Source: Eledone cirrhosa (Eukaryota). Taken from it: DNA of 64,000 nt. The position numbers and the translations under genes were made by a program. Each line of letters begins with the position of its first letter. Positions within the stretch are counted from its first letter, which is position 1. The stretch is from positions 123,380,001-123,444,000 of the forward strand of contig OZ024744.1 in NCBI GenBank assembly GCA_964016885.1. Direction: 5' to 3'. Under the pieces are notes generated by a model. It saw only the letters and a list, made by a program, of their open reading frames with translations. It had not been told where the DNA came from and did no database searches. This document shows positions 15,001 to 29,577 of the stretch, one piece after another.

Positions 15001-18000
15001 CAACATAAAAGTTTTAATAGTTAACTATCAACATAACAGTTATAGTATTACGAGTTAACTCTCAACATAGTAGTTTTACTAGTTAACTCTCTGCATAACA
15101 GCTTTACTAGCTAACTATCAACATAACAGTTTTACTATTTAACTATCAACATAACAGATAGTTTTACTGGTTAACTCTCAACATAACTATTTGACTAGTT
15201 AACTATCAACATAAGTGTTATAGTTTTACTAGGTAACTATCAACATAGTAGTTTTACTAGTTAACTCTCAACATAACAGTTTTACTTGTTAACTCGCAAC
15301 GTAACAGTTTTACTAGTTAACTATCAACATAATTAGTTTTACTAGCTAACTATCAACATAACAGATATAGTTTTACTAGTTAACTATCAACATAGTATTT
15401 TTTACTACGTAACTCTCAACATAACAGTTTTACTAGTTAACTCTCAACATAAAAGTTTTACTATTTAACTAGCAACATAAGAGTTTTACTAGTTAACTCG
15501 CAACATAACAGTTTTACGTGTTAACTCTCAGCATAACAGTTATAGATGTACTAGTTAACTATCAACATAAAAGATATAGTTTTACTAGCTATCAACATAA
15601 GTTATAGTTTTACTAGTTAGCAATCAACATAGCAGTTTTACTAGTTAACTATCAACATAACAGTTATGGTTTTACTAATTACATATCAACATAACAGTTT
15701 TACTAGTTAACACACAAGATAACAGTTTTACTAGTTAACTCTCAGCATAACAGTTTTACTAGTTAACTCGTAACATAACATTTTACTAGTTAACTATCAA
15801 CATAACATATATAGTATTACTAGTTAACTCTGCAAATAATAGTTTTACTAGTTAACTATCAACATAACAGTTATATTTTTACTAGATAACTCTCAACATA
15901 ACAGTTTTGCTAGTTAACTATCAACATAACACTTTTACTAGTTAAGTACTAACATAACAGTTATAGTTTTACTAGTTAACTATCAACATAACAGTTTTAC
16001 TAGTCAATTCTCAACATAACAGTTTTACTAGTTAACTCTCAGCATAAAAGTTTTACTAGTTAACTATCAACATAACAGTTTTAACAGATAACTATCAACA
16101 TAACAGTTATAGTTATACAAGTTACCTAATACCATGAGAGTTTTACTAGTTAACTATCGACATAACAGTTATAGATTTACTAGTTAACTATCAAGATAGT
16201 AGTTTTACTAGTTAACTCTCAACATAACAATTTTACTAGTTAACTCGCAACATAACAGTTTTACTAGTTAACTCGCAGCATAACACTTTTGCTAGTTAAC
16301 TATCAACATAACAGTTATAGATTTACTAATTAACTCTCAACATAACAGTATACTAGTTAACTCTCAGCATAACAGCTTTACTAGATAACTATCAACATAA
16401 CAGTTTTACTATTTAACTATCAACATAACAGATAGTTTTACTGGTTAACTCTCAACATAACAGTTTTACTAGTTAACTCTCAACATAGAAATGTTACTAG
16501 TTAACCCGCAACATAACAGTTTTGCTAGTTAACTATCAACATAACAGTCATAGTTTTACTAATTAACTCTCAACATAACAGTTTTACTAGTTAACTCTCA
16601 GCATAACAGCTTTACTAGTTAATTATACACATAACAGTTTTACTATTTAACTATCAACATAACAGATAGTTTTACTGGTTAACTCTCAACATAACTATTT
16701 GACTAGTTAACTATCAACATAAGTGTTATAGTTTTACTAGGTAACTATCAACATAGTAGTTTTACTAGTTAACTCTCAACATAACAGTTTTACTAGTTAA
16801 CTCGCAACGTAACAGTTTTACTAGTTAACTCTCAACATAACAGTTTTACTAGTTAACTCTCAGCATAAAACTTTTGCTAGTTAACTATCAATATAACAGT
16901 TTTACTAGTTAACTATAAACATAACATTTATAGTTTTACTAGTTAACTATCAACATAACAGTTATAGTTTTACTAGTTAACTCTCAACATAAAAGTTATA
17001 CTAGTTAACTCTCAATATTAGTTTTACTAGTTAACTCACAACATAACAATTTTAGAAGTTAACTCTCAGCGTATCAATTTTGCTAGTTAACTATCAACAT
17101 AATAGTTGTACTAGTTAACTATCAACATAACAGTTATAGTTTTAGTAGTTAATTATCAACATAACAGTTTTACTAGTTAACTCACAATATAACAGTTTTA
17201 CTAGTTAACTATCAGCATAACAGTTTTACTAGTTAACTATCAACATAACAATTTTACTAGTTAACTCTCAACATAACAGTTTTACTAGTTACCTCTCAGC
17301 ATAACAGTTTTGCTAGTTAACTATCAACATAACAGTTATAGATTTACTGGTTAACTATCAACATAACAGTTTTACTAGTTAACTATCAACATAACAGTTA
17401 TAGGTTTACTAGTTACATATCAACATAACAGTTTTACTAGTTAACTCTCAACATAACAGTTTTACTAGTTAACTGTCAGCATAAAACTTTTGCTAGTTAA
17501 CTATCAATATAACAGTTTTACTAGTTAATTATACACATAACATTTATAGTTTTACTAGTTAACTATCAACATAACAGTTATAGTTTTAGTAGTTAACTCT
17601 CAACATAAAAGTTATACTAGTTAACTCTCAATATTAGTTTTACTAGTTAACACACAACATAACAATTTTAGAAGTTAACTCTCAGCGTATCAATTTTGCT
17701 AGTTAACTATCAACATAATAGTTGTACTAGTTAACTATCAACATAACAGTTATAGTTTTACTAGTTAATTATCAACATAACAGTTTTACTAGTTAACTCT
17801 CAACATAACAGTTTTACTAGTTACCTCTCAGCATAACAGTTTTGCTAGTTAAATATCAACATAACAGTTATAGATTTACTAGTTAACTATCAACATAACA
17901 GTTTTACTAGTTAACTCACAATATAACAGTTTTACTAGTTAACTCACCACATAAAGGTTTTACTAGTTAACTATCAACATAAAAGATAGTTTTACTAGCT

Positions 18001-21000
18001 AACTATCAACATAACAGTTATAGTTTTACTAGTTAGCAATCAACATAGCAGTTTTACTAGTTAACTATCAACATAACAGTTATAGGTTTACTAGTTACAT
18101 ATCAACATAACAGTTTTATTAGTTAAATCTCAACATAAGTTTTACTAGTTAACTCTCAAGATAACAGTTTTACTAGTTAACTAGTAACATAACATTTTAC
18201 TAGTTAACTATCAACATAACAGATATAGTTTTACTAATTAACTCTGAACATAACAGTTTTACTAGTTAACTATCAACATAACAGTTATAGTTTTACTAGT
18301 TAACTCTCAACATAATAGTTTTACTAGTTAACTCGCAACATAACAGTTTTACTAGTTAAATCTCAACATAACAGTTTTGCTAGTTAACTCTCATGATAAC
18401 AGTTTTGCTATTTAACTTTCAACATAACAGTTTTACTAGTTAACTCTCAACATAACAGTTTTACTAGTTAATTCTCAGCATAACAGTTTTGCCAGTTAAC
18501 TATCAACATAAAAGTTATAGTTTTACTAGTTAACTATACACATAACAGTTTTACTAGTTAACTCACAATATAACAGTTTTGCTAGTTAACTATCAACATA
18601 ACAGTTTTACGAGTTAAATATCAACATAATTAGTTTTACTAGTTAACTATCAACATAACAGATATAGTTTTACTAGCTAATTATCAACATAACAGTTATA
18701 GTTTTACTAGTTAACTATCAACATAGTATTTTTTACTACCTAACTCTCAACATAACAGTTTTATTAGTTAACTCTCAACATAAAAGTTTTACTATTTAAC
18801 TCGCAACATAAGAGTTTTCCTAGTTAACTCGCAACAACAGTTTTACGACTTAACTCTCAGCATAAAGTTTTACTAGTTAACTATCAACATAACAGTTTTA
18901 CTAGTTAACTATCAACATAACAGCTATAGATTTACTAGTTAACTATCAACATAACAGTTTTACTAGTTAACTCACAATATAACAGTTTTACTAGTTAACT
19001 CTCAGCATAAAGGTTTTACTAGTTAACTATCAACATAACAATTTTATAGTTAACTCTCAGCATAACAGTTTTGTTAGTTAACTATCACCATGAGAGTTTT
19101 ACTAGTTAACTATCAACATAAAAGATATAGTTTTACTAGCTATCAACATAACAGTTATAGTTTTACTAGTTAGCAATCAACATAGCAGTTTTACCAGTTA
19201 ACTATCAACATAACGGTTATAGTTTTACTAGTTACATAGCAGAACAGTTTTATTAGTTAACTCTCAACATAACAGTTTTACTAGTTACCTCTCAAGATAA
19301 CAGTTTTACTAGTTAACTCTCAGCATAACAGTTTTACTAGTTAACTATCAACATAACAGTTTTATTAGTTAACTCGTAATATAACATTTTACTAGTTAAC
19401 TATCAACATAACAGATATAGAATTACTAGTTAACTCTGAACATAACAGTTTTACTAGTTAACTATCAACATAACAGTTAGTTTTACTAGTTAACTCTCAA
19501 CATAATAGTTTTACTAGTTAACACGCAACATAACAGTTTTACTAGTTAACTCTCAACATAACAGTTGTACTAGTTAACTCTCAAAATAACAGTTTTGCTA
19601 TTTAACTTTCAACATAACAGTTTTACTAGTTAACTCTCAGCATAACAGTTTTACTAGTTAACTCGTAACATAACATTTTACTAGTTAACTATCAACATAA
19701 CATATATAGTTTTACTAGTTAACTCTGCAAATAATAGTTTTACTAGTTAACTATCAACATAACAGTTATAGTTTTACTAGTTAACTCTCAACATAACAGT
19801 TTTGCTAGTTAACTATCAACATAACACTTTTACTAGTTAAGTACTAACATAACAGTTATAGTTTTACTAGTTAACTATCAACATAACAGTTTTACTAGTC
19901 AACTCTCAACATAACAGTTTTACTAGTTAACTCAGCATAAAAGTTTTACTAGTTAACTATCAACATAACAGTTATAGTTATACAAGTTACCTAATACCAT
20001 GAGAGTTTTACTAGTTAACTATCGACATAACAGTTATAGATTTACTAGTTAACTATCAAGATAGTAGTTTTACTAGTTAACTCTCAACATAACAATTTTA
20101 CTAGTTAACTCGCAACATAACAGTTTTACTAGTTAACTCGCAGCATAACACTTTTGCTAGTTAACTATCAACATAACAGTTATAGATTTACTAATTAACT
20201 CTCAACATAACAGTATACTAGTTAACTCTCAGCATAACAGCTTTACTAGATAACTATCAACATAACAGTTTTACTATTTAACAACATAACAGATAGTTTT
20301 ACTTGTTAACTCTCAACATAACAGTTTTACTAGTTAACTCTCAACATAGAAATGTTACTAGTTAACTCGCAACATAACAGTTTTACTAGTTAACCCGCAA
20401 CATAACAGTTTTGCTAGTTAACTATCAACATAACAGTCATAGTTTTACTAATTAACGCTCAACATAACAGTTTTACTAGTTAACTCTAAGCATAACAGCT
20501 TTACTAGTTAATTATACACATAACAGTTTTACTATTTAACTATCAACATAACAGATAGTTTTACTGGTTAACTCTCAACATAACAGTTTCAATAGTTAAC
20601 TATCAACATAAGTCATAATTTTACTAGGTAACTATCAACAAAGTAGTTTTACTAGTTAACTCTCAACATAACAGTTTTACTAGTTAAGTCTCAGCATAAC
20701 AGCTTTACTAGTTGATTAGCAACATAACAGTTTCACTAGTTAACTATCAACATAACAGTTATAGTTTTACTAGTTAACTATCAACATAACAGTTATAGTT
20801 TTACTAGTTAACTATCAACATAACAGTTTTACTAGTTTACTCTGAACATAAGTTTTATTAGTTAACTATCAACATAACAGTTATAGTTTTAATAGTTAAC
20901 TCTCAACATAACAGTTTTACTAGTTAACTCGCAACGTAACAGTTTTACTGGTTAACTCTCAACATAACAGTTTTACTAGTTAACTATCAGCATAAAAGCT

Positions 21001-24000
21001 TTGATAGTTAACTATCAACATAAACGTTTTAATAGTTAACTATCAACATAACAGTTATAGTTTTACGAGTTAACTGTCAACATAGTAGTTTTACTAGTTA
21101 ACTCTCAGCATAACAGCTTTACTAGCTATGAACATAACAGTTTTACTATTTAACTATCAACATAACAGATAGTTTTACTGGTTAACTCTCAACATAACTA
21201 TTTGACTATTTAACTATTAACGTAAGTGTTATAGCTTTACTAGGTAACTATCAACATAGTAGTTTTACTAGTTAACTCTCAACATAACAGTTTTACTAGT
21301 TAACTCGCAACGTAACAGTTTTACTAGTTAACTCTCAACATAACAATTTTACTAGTTAACTGTCAGCATAAAAGTTTTGCTAGTTAACTATCAATATAAC
21401 AGTTTTAGTAGTTAACTATAAACATAACATTTATAGTTTTACTAGTTAACTATCAACATAACAGTTATAGTTTTACTAGTTAACTCTCAACATAAAAGTT
21501 ATACTAGTTAATTCTCAATATTAGTTTTACTAGTTAACTCACAACATAACAATTTTAGAAGTTAACTCTCAGCATATCAATTTTGCTAGTTAACTATCAA
21601 CATAATAGTTGTACTAGTTAACTATCAACATAACAGTTATAGTTTTACTAGTTAATTATCAACATAACAGTTTTACTAGTTAACTCACAATATAACAGTT
21701 TTACTAGTTGACTATCAGCATAACAGTTTTACTAGTTAACTATCAACATAACAGTTTTGCTAGTTAACTATCAACATAACAGTTATAGATTTACTAGTTA
21801 ACTATCAACATAACAGTTATAGATTTACTAGTTAACTATCAACATAACAGTTTTACTAGTTAACTCACAATATAACAGTTTTACTAGTTAACTCACCACA
21901 TAAAGGTTTTACTAGTTAACTATCAACATAAAAGATAGTTTTACTAGCTAACTATCAACATAACAGTTATAGTTTTACTAGTTAGCAATCAACACAGCAG
22001 TTTTACTAGTTACATATCAACATAACAGTTTTATTAGTTAACTCTCAACATAAGTTTTACTAGTTAACTCTCAAGATAACAGTTTTACTAGTTAACTCTC
22101 AGCGTAACAGTTTTACTAGTTAACTCGTAACATAACATTTTACTAGTTAACTATCAACATAACAGATATAGTTTTACTAATTCACTCTGAACATAACAGT
22201 TTTACTAGTTAACTATCAACATAACAGTTATAGTTTTACTAGTTAACTCTCAACATAATAGTTTTATTAGTTAACTGGCAACATAACAGTTTTACTAGTT
22301 AACTCTCAGGATAACAGTTTTGCTATTTAACTTTCAACATAACAGTTTTACTAGTTAACTATCAACATAACAGTTTTACTAGTTAACTATCAGCATAACA
22401 GATATAGTTTTACTAGTTTAACTCTCAACAAAAGAGTTTTACTAGTTAACTATCAACATAACAGTTATAGTTTTACTAGTTAACTCTCAACATAAGTTTT
22501 ACTAGATAACTCACAACATAAAAGTTATACTAGTTAACTCTCAAGATAATAATTTTACTAGTTAACTCACAACATAACACTTTTACTAGTTAACTCTCAG
22601 CATAACAGTTTTGCTATTTAACTATCAACATAACAGTTTTACTAGTTAAGTACTAACATAACAGTTATACTTTTACTAATTAACTATCAACATAACAGTT
22701 TTACTAGTTAACTCACAACATAACAGCTTTACTAGTTAACTCTCAACATAACAGTTTTACTAGTTAATTCTCAGCATAACAGTTTTGCCAGTTAACTATC
22801 AACATAACAGTTATAGTTTTACTAGTTAACTATACACAACAGTTTTACTAGTTAACTCACAATATAACAGTTTTACTAGTTAAGTATCAGCATAACAGTT
22901 TTACTAGTTAACTATCAACATAACAGTTTTACTAGTTAACTCTCAGCATAACAGTTTTTCTAGTTAACTATCAACATAACAGTTTTACGAGTTAACTATC
23001 AACATAATTAGTTTTACTAGTTAACTATCAACATAACAGATATAGTTTTACTAGCTAATTATCAACATAACAGTTATAGTTTTACTAGTTAACTATCAAC
23101 ATAGTATTTTTTACTACGTAACTCTCAACATAACAGTTTTATTAGTTAACTCTCAACATAAAAGTTTTACTATTTAACTCGCAACATAAGAGTTTTCCTA
23201 GTTAACTCGCAACAACAGTTTTACGACTTAACTCTCAGCATAAAGTTTTACTAGTTAACTATCAACATAACAGTTTTACTAGTTAACTATCAACATAACA
23301 GCTATAGATTTACTAGTTAACTATCAACATAACAGTTTTACTAGTTAACTCACAATATAACAGTTTTACTAGTTAACTCTCAGCATAAAGGTTTTACTAG
23401 TTAACTATCAACATAACAATTTTACTAGTTAACTCTCAGCATAAAAGCTTTGATAGTTAACTATCAACATAAACGTTTTAATAGTTAACTATCAACATAA
23501 CAGTTATAGTTTTACGAGTTAACTGTCAACATAGTAGTTTTACTAGTTAACTCTCAGCATAACAGCTTTACTAGCTAACTATGAACATAACAGTTTTACT
23601 ATTTAACTATCAACATAACAGATAGTTTTACTGGTTAACTCTCAACATAACTATTTAACTATTAACATAAGTGTTATAGCTTTACTAGGTAACTATCAAC
23701 ATAGTAGTTTTACTAGTTAACTCTCAACATAACAGTTTTACTAGTTAACTCGCAACGTAACAGTTTTACTAGTTAACTCTCAACATAACAATTTTACTAG
23801 TTAACTGTCAGCATAAAAGTTTTGCTAGTTAACTATCAATATAACAGTTTTAGTAGTTAACTATAAACATAACATTTATAGTTTTACTAGTTAACTATCA
23901 ACATAACAGTTATAGTTTTACTAGTTAACTCTCAACATAAAAGTTATACTAGTTAACTCTCAATATTAGTTTTACTAGTTAACTCACAACATAACAATTT

Positions 24001-27000
24001 TAGAAGTTAACTCTCAGCATATCAATTTTGCTAGTTAACTATCAACATAATAGTTGTACTAGTTAACTATCAACATAACAGTTATAGTTTTACTAGTTAA
24101 TTATCAACATAACAGTTTTACTAGTTAACTCACAATATAACAGTTTTACTAGTTGACTATCAGCATAACAGTTTTACTAGTTAACTATCAACATAACAGT
24201 TTTGCTAGTTAACTATCAACATAACAGTTATAGATTTACTAGTTAACTATCAACATAACAGTTATAGATTTACTAGTTAACTATCAACATAACAGTTTTA
24301 CTAGTTAACTCACAATATAACAGTTTTACTAGTTAACTCACCACATAAAGGTTTTACTAGTTAACTATCAACATAAAAGATAGTTTTACTAGCTAACTAT
24401 CAACATAACAGTTATAGTTTTACTAGTTAGCAATCAACACAGCAGTTTTACTAGTTACATATCAACATAACAGTTTTATTAGTTAACTCTCAACATAAGT
24501 TTTACTAGTTAACCCTCAAGATAACAGTTTTACTAGTTAACTCTCAGCGTAACAGTTTTACTAGTTAACTCGTAACATAACATTTTACTAGTTAACTATC
24601 AACATAACAGATATAGTTTTACTAATTCACTCTGAACATAACAGTTTTACTAGTTAACTATCAACATAACAGTTATAGTTTTACTAGTTAACTCTCAACA
24701 TAATAGTTTTATTAGTTAACTGGCAACATAACAGTTTTACTAGTTAACTCTCAGGATAACAGTTTTGCTATTTAACTTTCAACATAACAGTTTTACTAGT
24801 TAACTATCAACATAACAGTTTTACTAGTTAACTATCAGCATAACAGATATAGTTTTACTAGTTTAACTCTCAACATAAGAGTTTTACTAGTTAACTATCA
24901 ACATAACAGTTATAGTTTTACTAGTTAACTCTCAACATAAGTTTTACTAGATAACTCACAACATAAAAGTTATACTAGTTAACTCTCAAGATAATAATTT
25001 TACTAGTTAACTCACAACATAACACTTTTACTAGTTAACTCTCAGCATAACAGTTTTGCTATTTAACTATCAACATAACAGTTTTACTAGTTAAGTACTA
25101 ACATAACAGTTATACTTTTACTAATTAACTATCAACATAACAGTTTTACTAGTTAACTCACAACATAACAGCTTTACTAGTTAACTCTCAACATAACAGT
25201 TTTACTAGTTAATTCTCAGCATAACAGTTTTGCCAGTTAACTATCAACATAACAGTTATAGTTTTACTAGTTAACTATACACAACAGTTTTACTAGTTAA
25301 CTCACAATATAACAGTTTTACTAGTTAAGTATCAGCATAACAGTTTTACTAGTTAACTATCAACATAACAGTTTTACTAGTTAACTCTCAGCATAACAGT
25401 TTTTCTAGTTAACTATCAACATAACAGTTTTACGAGTTAACTATCAACATAATTAGTTTTACTAGTTAACTATCAACATAACAGATATAGTTTTACTAGC
25501 TAATTATCAACATAACAGTTATAGTTTTACTAGTTAACTATCAACATAGTATTTTTTACTACGTAACTCTCAACATAACAGTTTTATTAGTTAACTCTCA
25601 ACATAAAAGTTTTACTATTTAACTCGCAACATAAGAGTTTTCCTAGTTAACTCGCAACAACAGTTTTACGACTTAACTCTCAGCATAAAGTTTTACTAGT
25701 TAACTATCAACATAACAGTTTTACTAGTTAACTATCAACATAACAGCTATAGATTTACTAGTTAACTATCAACATAACAGTTTTACTAGTTAACTCACAA
25801 TATAACAGTTTTACTAGTTAACTCTCAGCATAAAGGTTTTACTAGTTAACTCTAAGCATAACAGTTTTGTTAGTTAACTATCAACATAAGAGTTTTACTA
25901 GTTAACTATCAACATAAAAGATATAGTTTTACTAGCTATCAACATAACAGTTATAGGTTTACTAGTTAGCAATCAACATAGCAGTTTTACCAGTTAACTA
26001 TCAACATAACGGTTATAGTTTTACTAGTTACATAGCATAACAGTTTTATTAGTTAACTCTCAACATAACAGTTTTACTAGTTACCTCTCAAGATAACAGT
26101 TTTACTAGTTAACTCTCAGCATAACAGTTTTACTAGTTAACTATCAACATAACAGTTTTACTAGTTAATTCGTAACATAACATTTTACTAGTTAACTATC
26201 AACATAACAGATATAGATTTACTTGTTAACTCTGAACATAACAGTTTTACTAGTTAACTATCAACATAACAGTTAGTTTTACTAGTTAACTCTCAACATA
26301 ATAGTTTTACGAGTTAACTCGCAACATAACAGTTTTACGAGTTAACTCTCAACATAATAGTTTTACTAGTTAACTCTCAACATAACAGTTGTACTAGTCA
26401 ACTCACAAAATAACAGTTTTGCTATTTCACTTTCAACATAACAGTTTTACTAGTTAACTATCAACATAACAGTTTTACTAGTTAACTATCAACATAACAG
26501 TTTTACTAGTTAACTATCATCATAACAGTTATGGTTTTACTAATTACATATCAACATAACAGTTTTACTAGTTAACTCACAAGATAACAGTTTTACTAGT
26601 TAACTCTCAGCATAACAGTTTTACTAGTTAACTCGTAACATAACATTTTACTAGTTAACTATCAACATAACAGTTTTACTAGTTAACTATCAACATAACA
26701 TATATAGTTTTACTAGTTTAACTCTCAACATAAGAGTTTTACTAGTTAACTATCAACATAACAGTTATAGTTTTACTAGTTAACTCTCAACATAGTAGTT
26801 TTACTAGTTAACTCTCAACATAATAGTTTTACTAGTTAACTCACAAAACACTTTTACTAGTTAACTCTCAGCATAACAGTTTTGCTATTAACTATCAACA
26901 TAACAGTTTTACTAGTTAAGTACTAACATAACAGTTATACTTTTACTAGTTAACTATCAACATAACAGTTTTACTAGTTAACTCTCAACATAACAGTTTT

Positions 27001-27307
27001 ACTAGTTAACTGTCAGCATAACACTTTTGCTAGTTAAATATCAACATAACAGTTTTACTAGTTAACTATCAACATAGCAGTTTTACTAGTTAACTATCAA
27101 CATAACAGTTATAGTTTTACTAGTTACCTATCAACATAACAGTTTTATTAGTTAACTCTCAACATAATAATTTTACTAGTTAACTCTCAAGATAACAGTT
27201 TTACTAGTTAACTCTCAAGATAACAGTTTTACTAGTTAACTCTCAGCATAACAGTTTTACTATTTAACTATCAACATAACAGTTATAGTTTTACTAGTTA
27301 ACTCTCA
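1..27307. repeat. 28-bp satellite array (GTTTTACTAGTTAACTMTCAACATAACA) with 34-bp variants (+GTTATA) and higher-order repeats; truncated by window start
   Basis: Continuous tandem monomers to about 27307. Private variants recur at fixed kb-scale offsets. Confidence 0.98.
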
Positions 27308-27401
27308 TCTATTAAATATTTCTCCACAGTAATATGGAATTATTTGTAATGACTCCTTATTTGAAAACCTGAAGCTAACACTATACCTATATGAAATATA
27401 T

Positions 27402-27872
27402 TTAACCCTTTAGTTACCATATTTCTTATTAGATATGCAACACTTGAAGTACCATATATATACTGGAATATCGATGGTAGAAGGGCAGCAGCTTATATTT
27501 GGGGTCAATATTTTTATGATTTTCATAACCTTCATATTTTACATAAATAAAGTTTGTCTTTTTACGTAAAATAGTGTAGTCAGTTCATGTATACACAATA
27601 ATTGTTTCTACTTTAGGCACAAGGCCAGCAATTACCCAGTGCATTACTGGTACTTTATTTTATCGACCCCGTAAGGATGAAAGGCAAAGTCAATAATGTA
27701 TAGACAATATATGTATACACAATAAATGTATACACAATAATTGATAAAGAATTTGGGGCCCTTTATCAAAACTATTTGTTAATAATTCAAGTTGGATTGT
27801 TTTAACTTGGGGTAGCAGTTTTTCATAAATCCAATGGCTGTTTTAGGGCAGGGGTAATATCAAAAGGTTTAA
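27402..27872. mobile_element. Possible piggyBac-type MITE (TTAA-flanked)
   Basis: TTAA|CCCTTTAGTTACC at left and GGTAATATCAAAAGGT|TTAA at right. TIRs are imperfect. Confidence 0.4.
27601..27692 (-). mobile_element. SINE family B, 3' fragment
   Basis: ATTGTTTCTACTTTAGGCACAAGGCC..GATGAAAGGCAAAGTC, shared with the copies at 29578, 47020, 51401 and 58247. Confidence 0.85.
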
Positions 27873-27940
27873 TTACTGAATCAATAATTTATCAATTTCT
27901 TCTGAGTTGAGAATGAAAGTGTAGCAAGATGTAGAAATAC

Positions 27941-28133
27941 CTAAAGTGAAAAGAAGAGGCTCAGGTCGTGCCATCAACTTATCAAGGTCCTCATATCCAA
28001 GGGACTGTTTTGTCATAGACATCATTCCACAGCAATGCCCTTTAGATTCAGGTTTATGGTTATGATGGTCAGATTTCTTGGAATCCGCAATATCTCTTAA
28101 GCTTTTTGCCACGAGAGGATATGATTCGACATT
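27941..28133 (-). CDS. AIP: AIP coding exon 3
   Basis: tttatAG|AAT acceptor and TTAG|GTATTT donor (phase 1). Encodes NVESYPLVAKSLRDIA..HCCG..SLGYEDLDKLMARPEPLLFTL, matching AIP YPLVAKSLRNIA..HCCG..SLGHADLDAL..PQPLIF. In frame with exon 2. Confidence 0.93.
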
Positions 28134-28200
28134 CTATAAAGAAATAGATAAATAAAGTTGAATAAGTAAATAAATTCATTAATTAATAACAATTAATGCT

Positions 28201-28425
28201 GTGACACCAGCACTACCACTTTACAGAGTGTACTGGGTGTATTATACCATGACACGAACACTACAACTTTACAGAGTGTACTGGATGTATTATATTGTGA
28301 CACCAGCACTACCACTTTACAGAGTGTACTGGCTGTATTTTATCATGACACTACCACTTTACAGAGTGTACTGGGTGTATTATATCATGACACAAATATT
28401 ACCACATTAGAGTGTACTGGGTGTA
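28201..28425. repeat. ~48-bp minisatellite, about 5 copies
   Basis: Unit RTGACACCAGCACTACCACTTTACAGAGTGTACTGGGTGTATTATAYY. Confidence 0.9.
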
Positions 28426-28429
28426 TTCG

Positions 28430-28790
28430 ACCACCACCACCACCATCAACATCGTTTAACGTCTATCTTCCACGCTAGCATGGGTTATACGGGAGTTGTC
28501 CCAATTTGAGGCAAGATTGGTCGGGTGACCATGTCTTGCTCGTATAGGACTATCTGGCAGGTTTTCTATGGCTGGATGCCCTTCCTAACACCAACCAAGT
28601 TTACAGTGTGAACTGGGAACTTTTTACCGTGTTACCTACACGGCCATATTACAGCGTGGACTGTGTTTTTTTGTCGTGACACCTACACGATCTCGATCTC
28701 ATTATCTCATTTATTTGGACAGGATGTTGTGGTACCAGCATAACTTTACAGAAAAAGGGTGGTGTTGGTGGGAGTAGGGGTAGTAGGTTG
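28430..28790 (-). mobile_element. RTE LINE 3' UTR fragment
   Basis: Matches the 3' UTR and (CAT/CAC)n tail of the RTE copies at 40500-40984 and 42405-42880. Confidence 0.8.
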
Positions 28791-29577
28791 AGCTCTGCCG
28801 TCGGGGTCCTGAACATTTCCCTATTACCCACTCTACTACCCAAAGAATCGAGTACTCTGGTGCACTATGTATATATATATATATATGTAGGAGGTGAGTT
28901 TTATTTTAGCACAATAAAGCAATGCAACCTGAATAAGAAAAAAAAACAAAAATTTATTCAATTTGATATTGCCAGCTACTTCTATTTCGCCTTCACTTCT
29001 CAACAATGCTCTATCTTTCGCATTTAAATATTCTGACATCACCACATATGAACTTTAAATTATTCTCACCGCAAGAAAAACTATCTTAGAATTCAACAAT
29101 GAATACCGGACTAGAGCCGATACTTCCAACAACTTTGATATCACAATGGGTGCTTCCGATTCATCGCAATTGACTGATTTGATTGGTATTTTTATTTTGA
29201 ATTCTTTAAATCGGAAAATTCCTCAACTTCGCGGTGGAATTTATCGTGACGATGGACTTTTTACTATCTTAAACTGTAACTTAGTTAACCTTAATATTAT
29301 TAAGAACAACATACGTGATCTCTTTAAGCAACATAACCTTAAAGTTTAATTTGATAACAACATAAAACTAACTAACTTCTTGGATATATCCCTTAATCTT
29401 GACACTGGCCTATATTACCCTTACCATAAAAACAATGAGAATCTAAATTATGTTAATTTTAAATCTAACCACCCCACTAACATTAAAAATGCTATAGTCA
29501 GTAATATTGAAAAAAGAATCTCAAACCTATCCTCTAATAAAGATATCTTCGATGCTAATGCCAATTACTATAATAAT

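Noticed and set aside
1-27307. CRISPR-like array (28-bp repeat with palindromic core)
   Set aside because: No unique spacers and no cas genes; eukaryotic context. It is a plain satellite.
28887-28900. AG|GTGAGT splice donor in the PLE leader (also at 31868)
   Set aside because: It is on the + strand, antisense to AIP, and is explained as the inverted PLE 3' extension.
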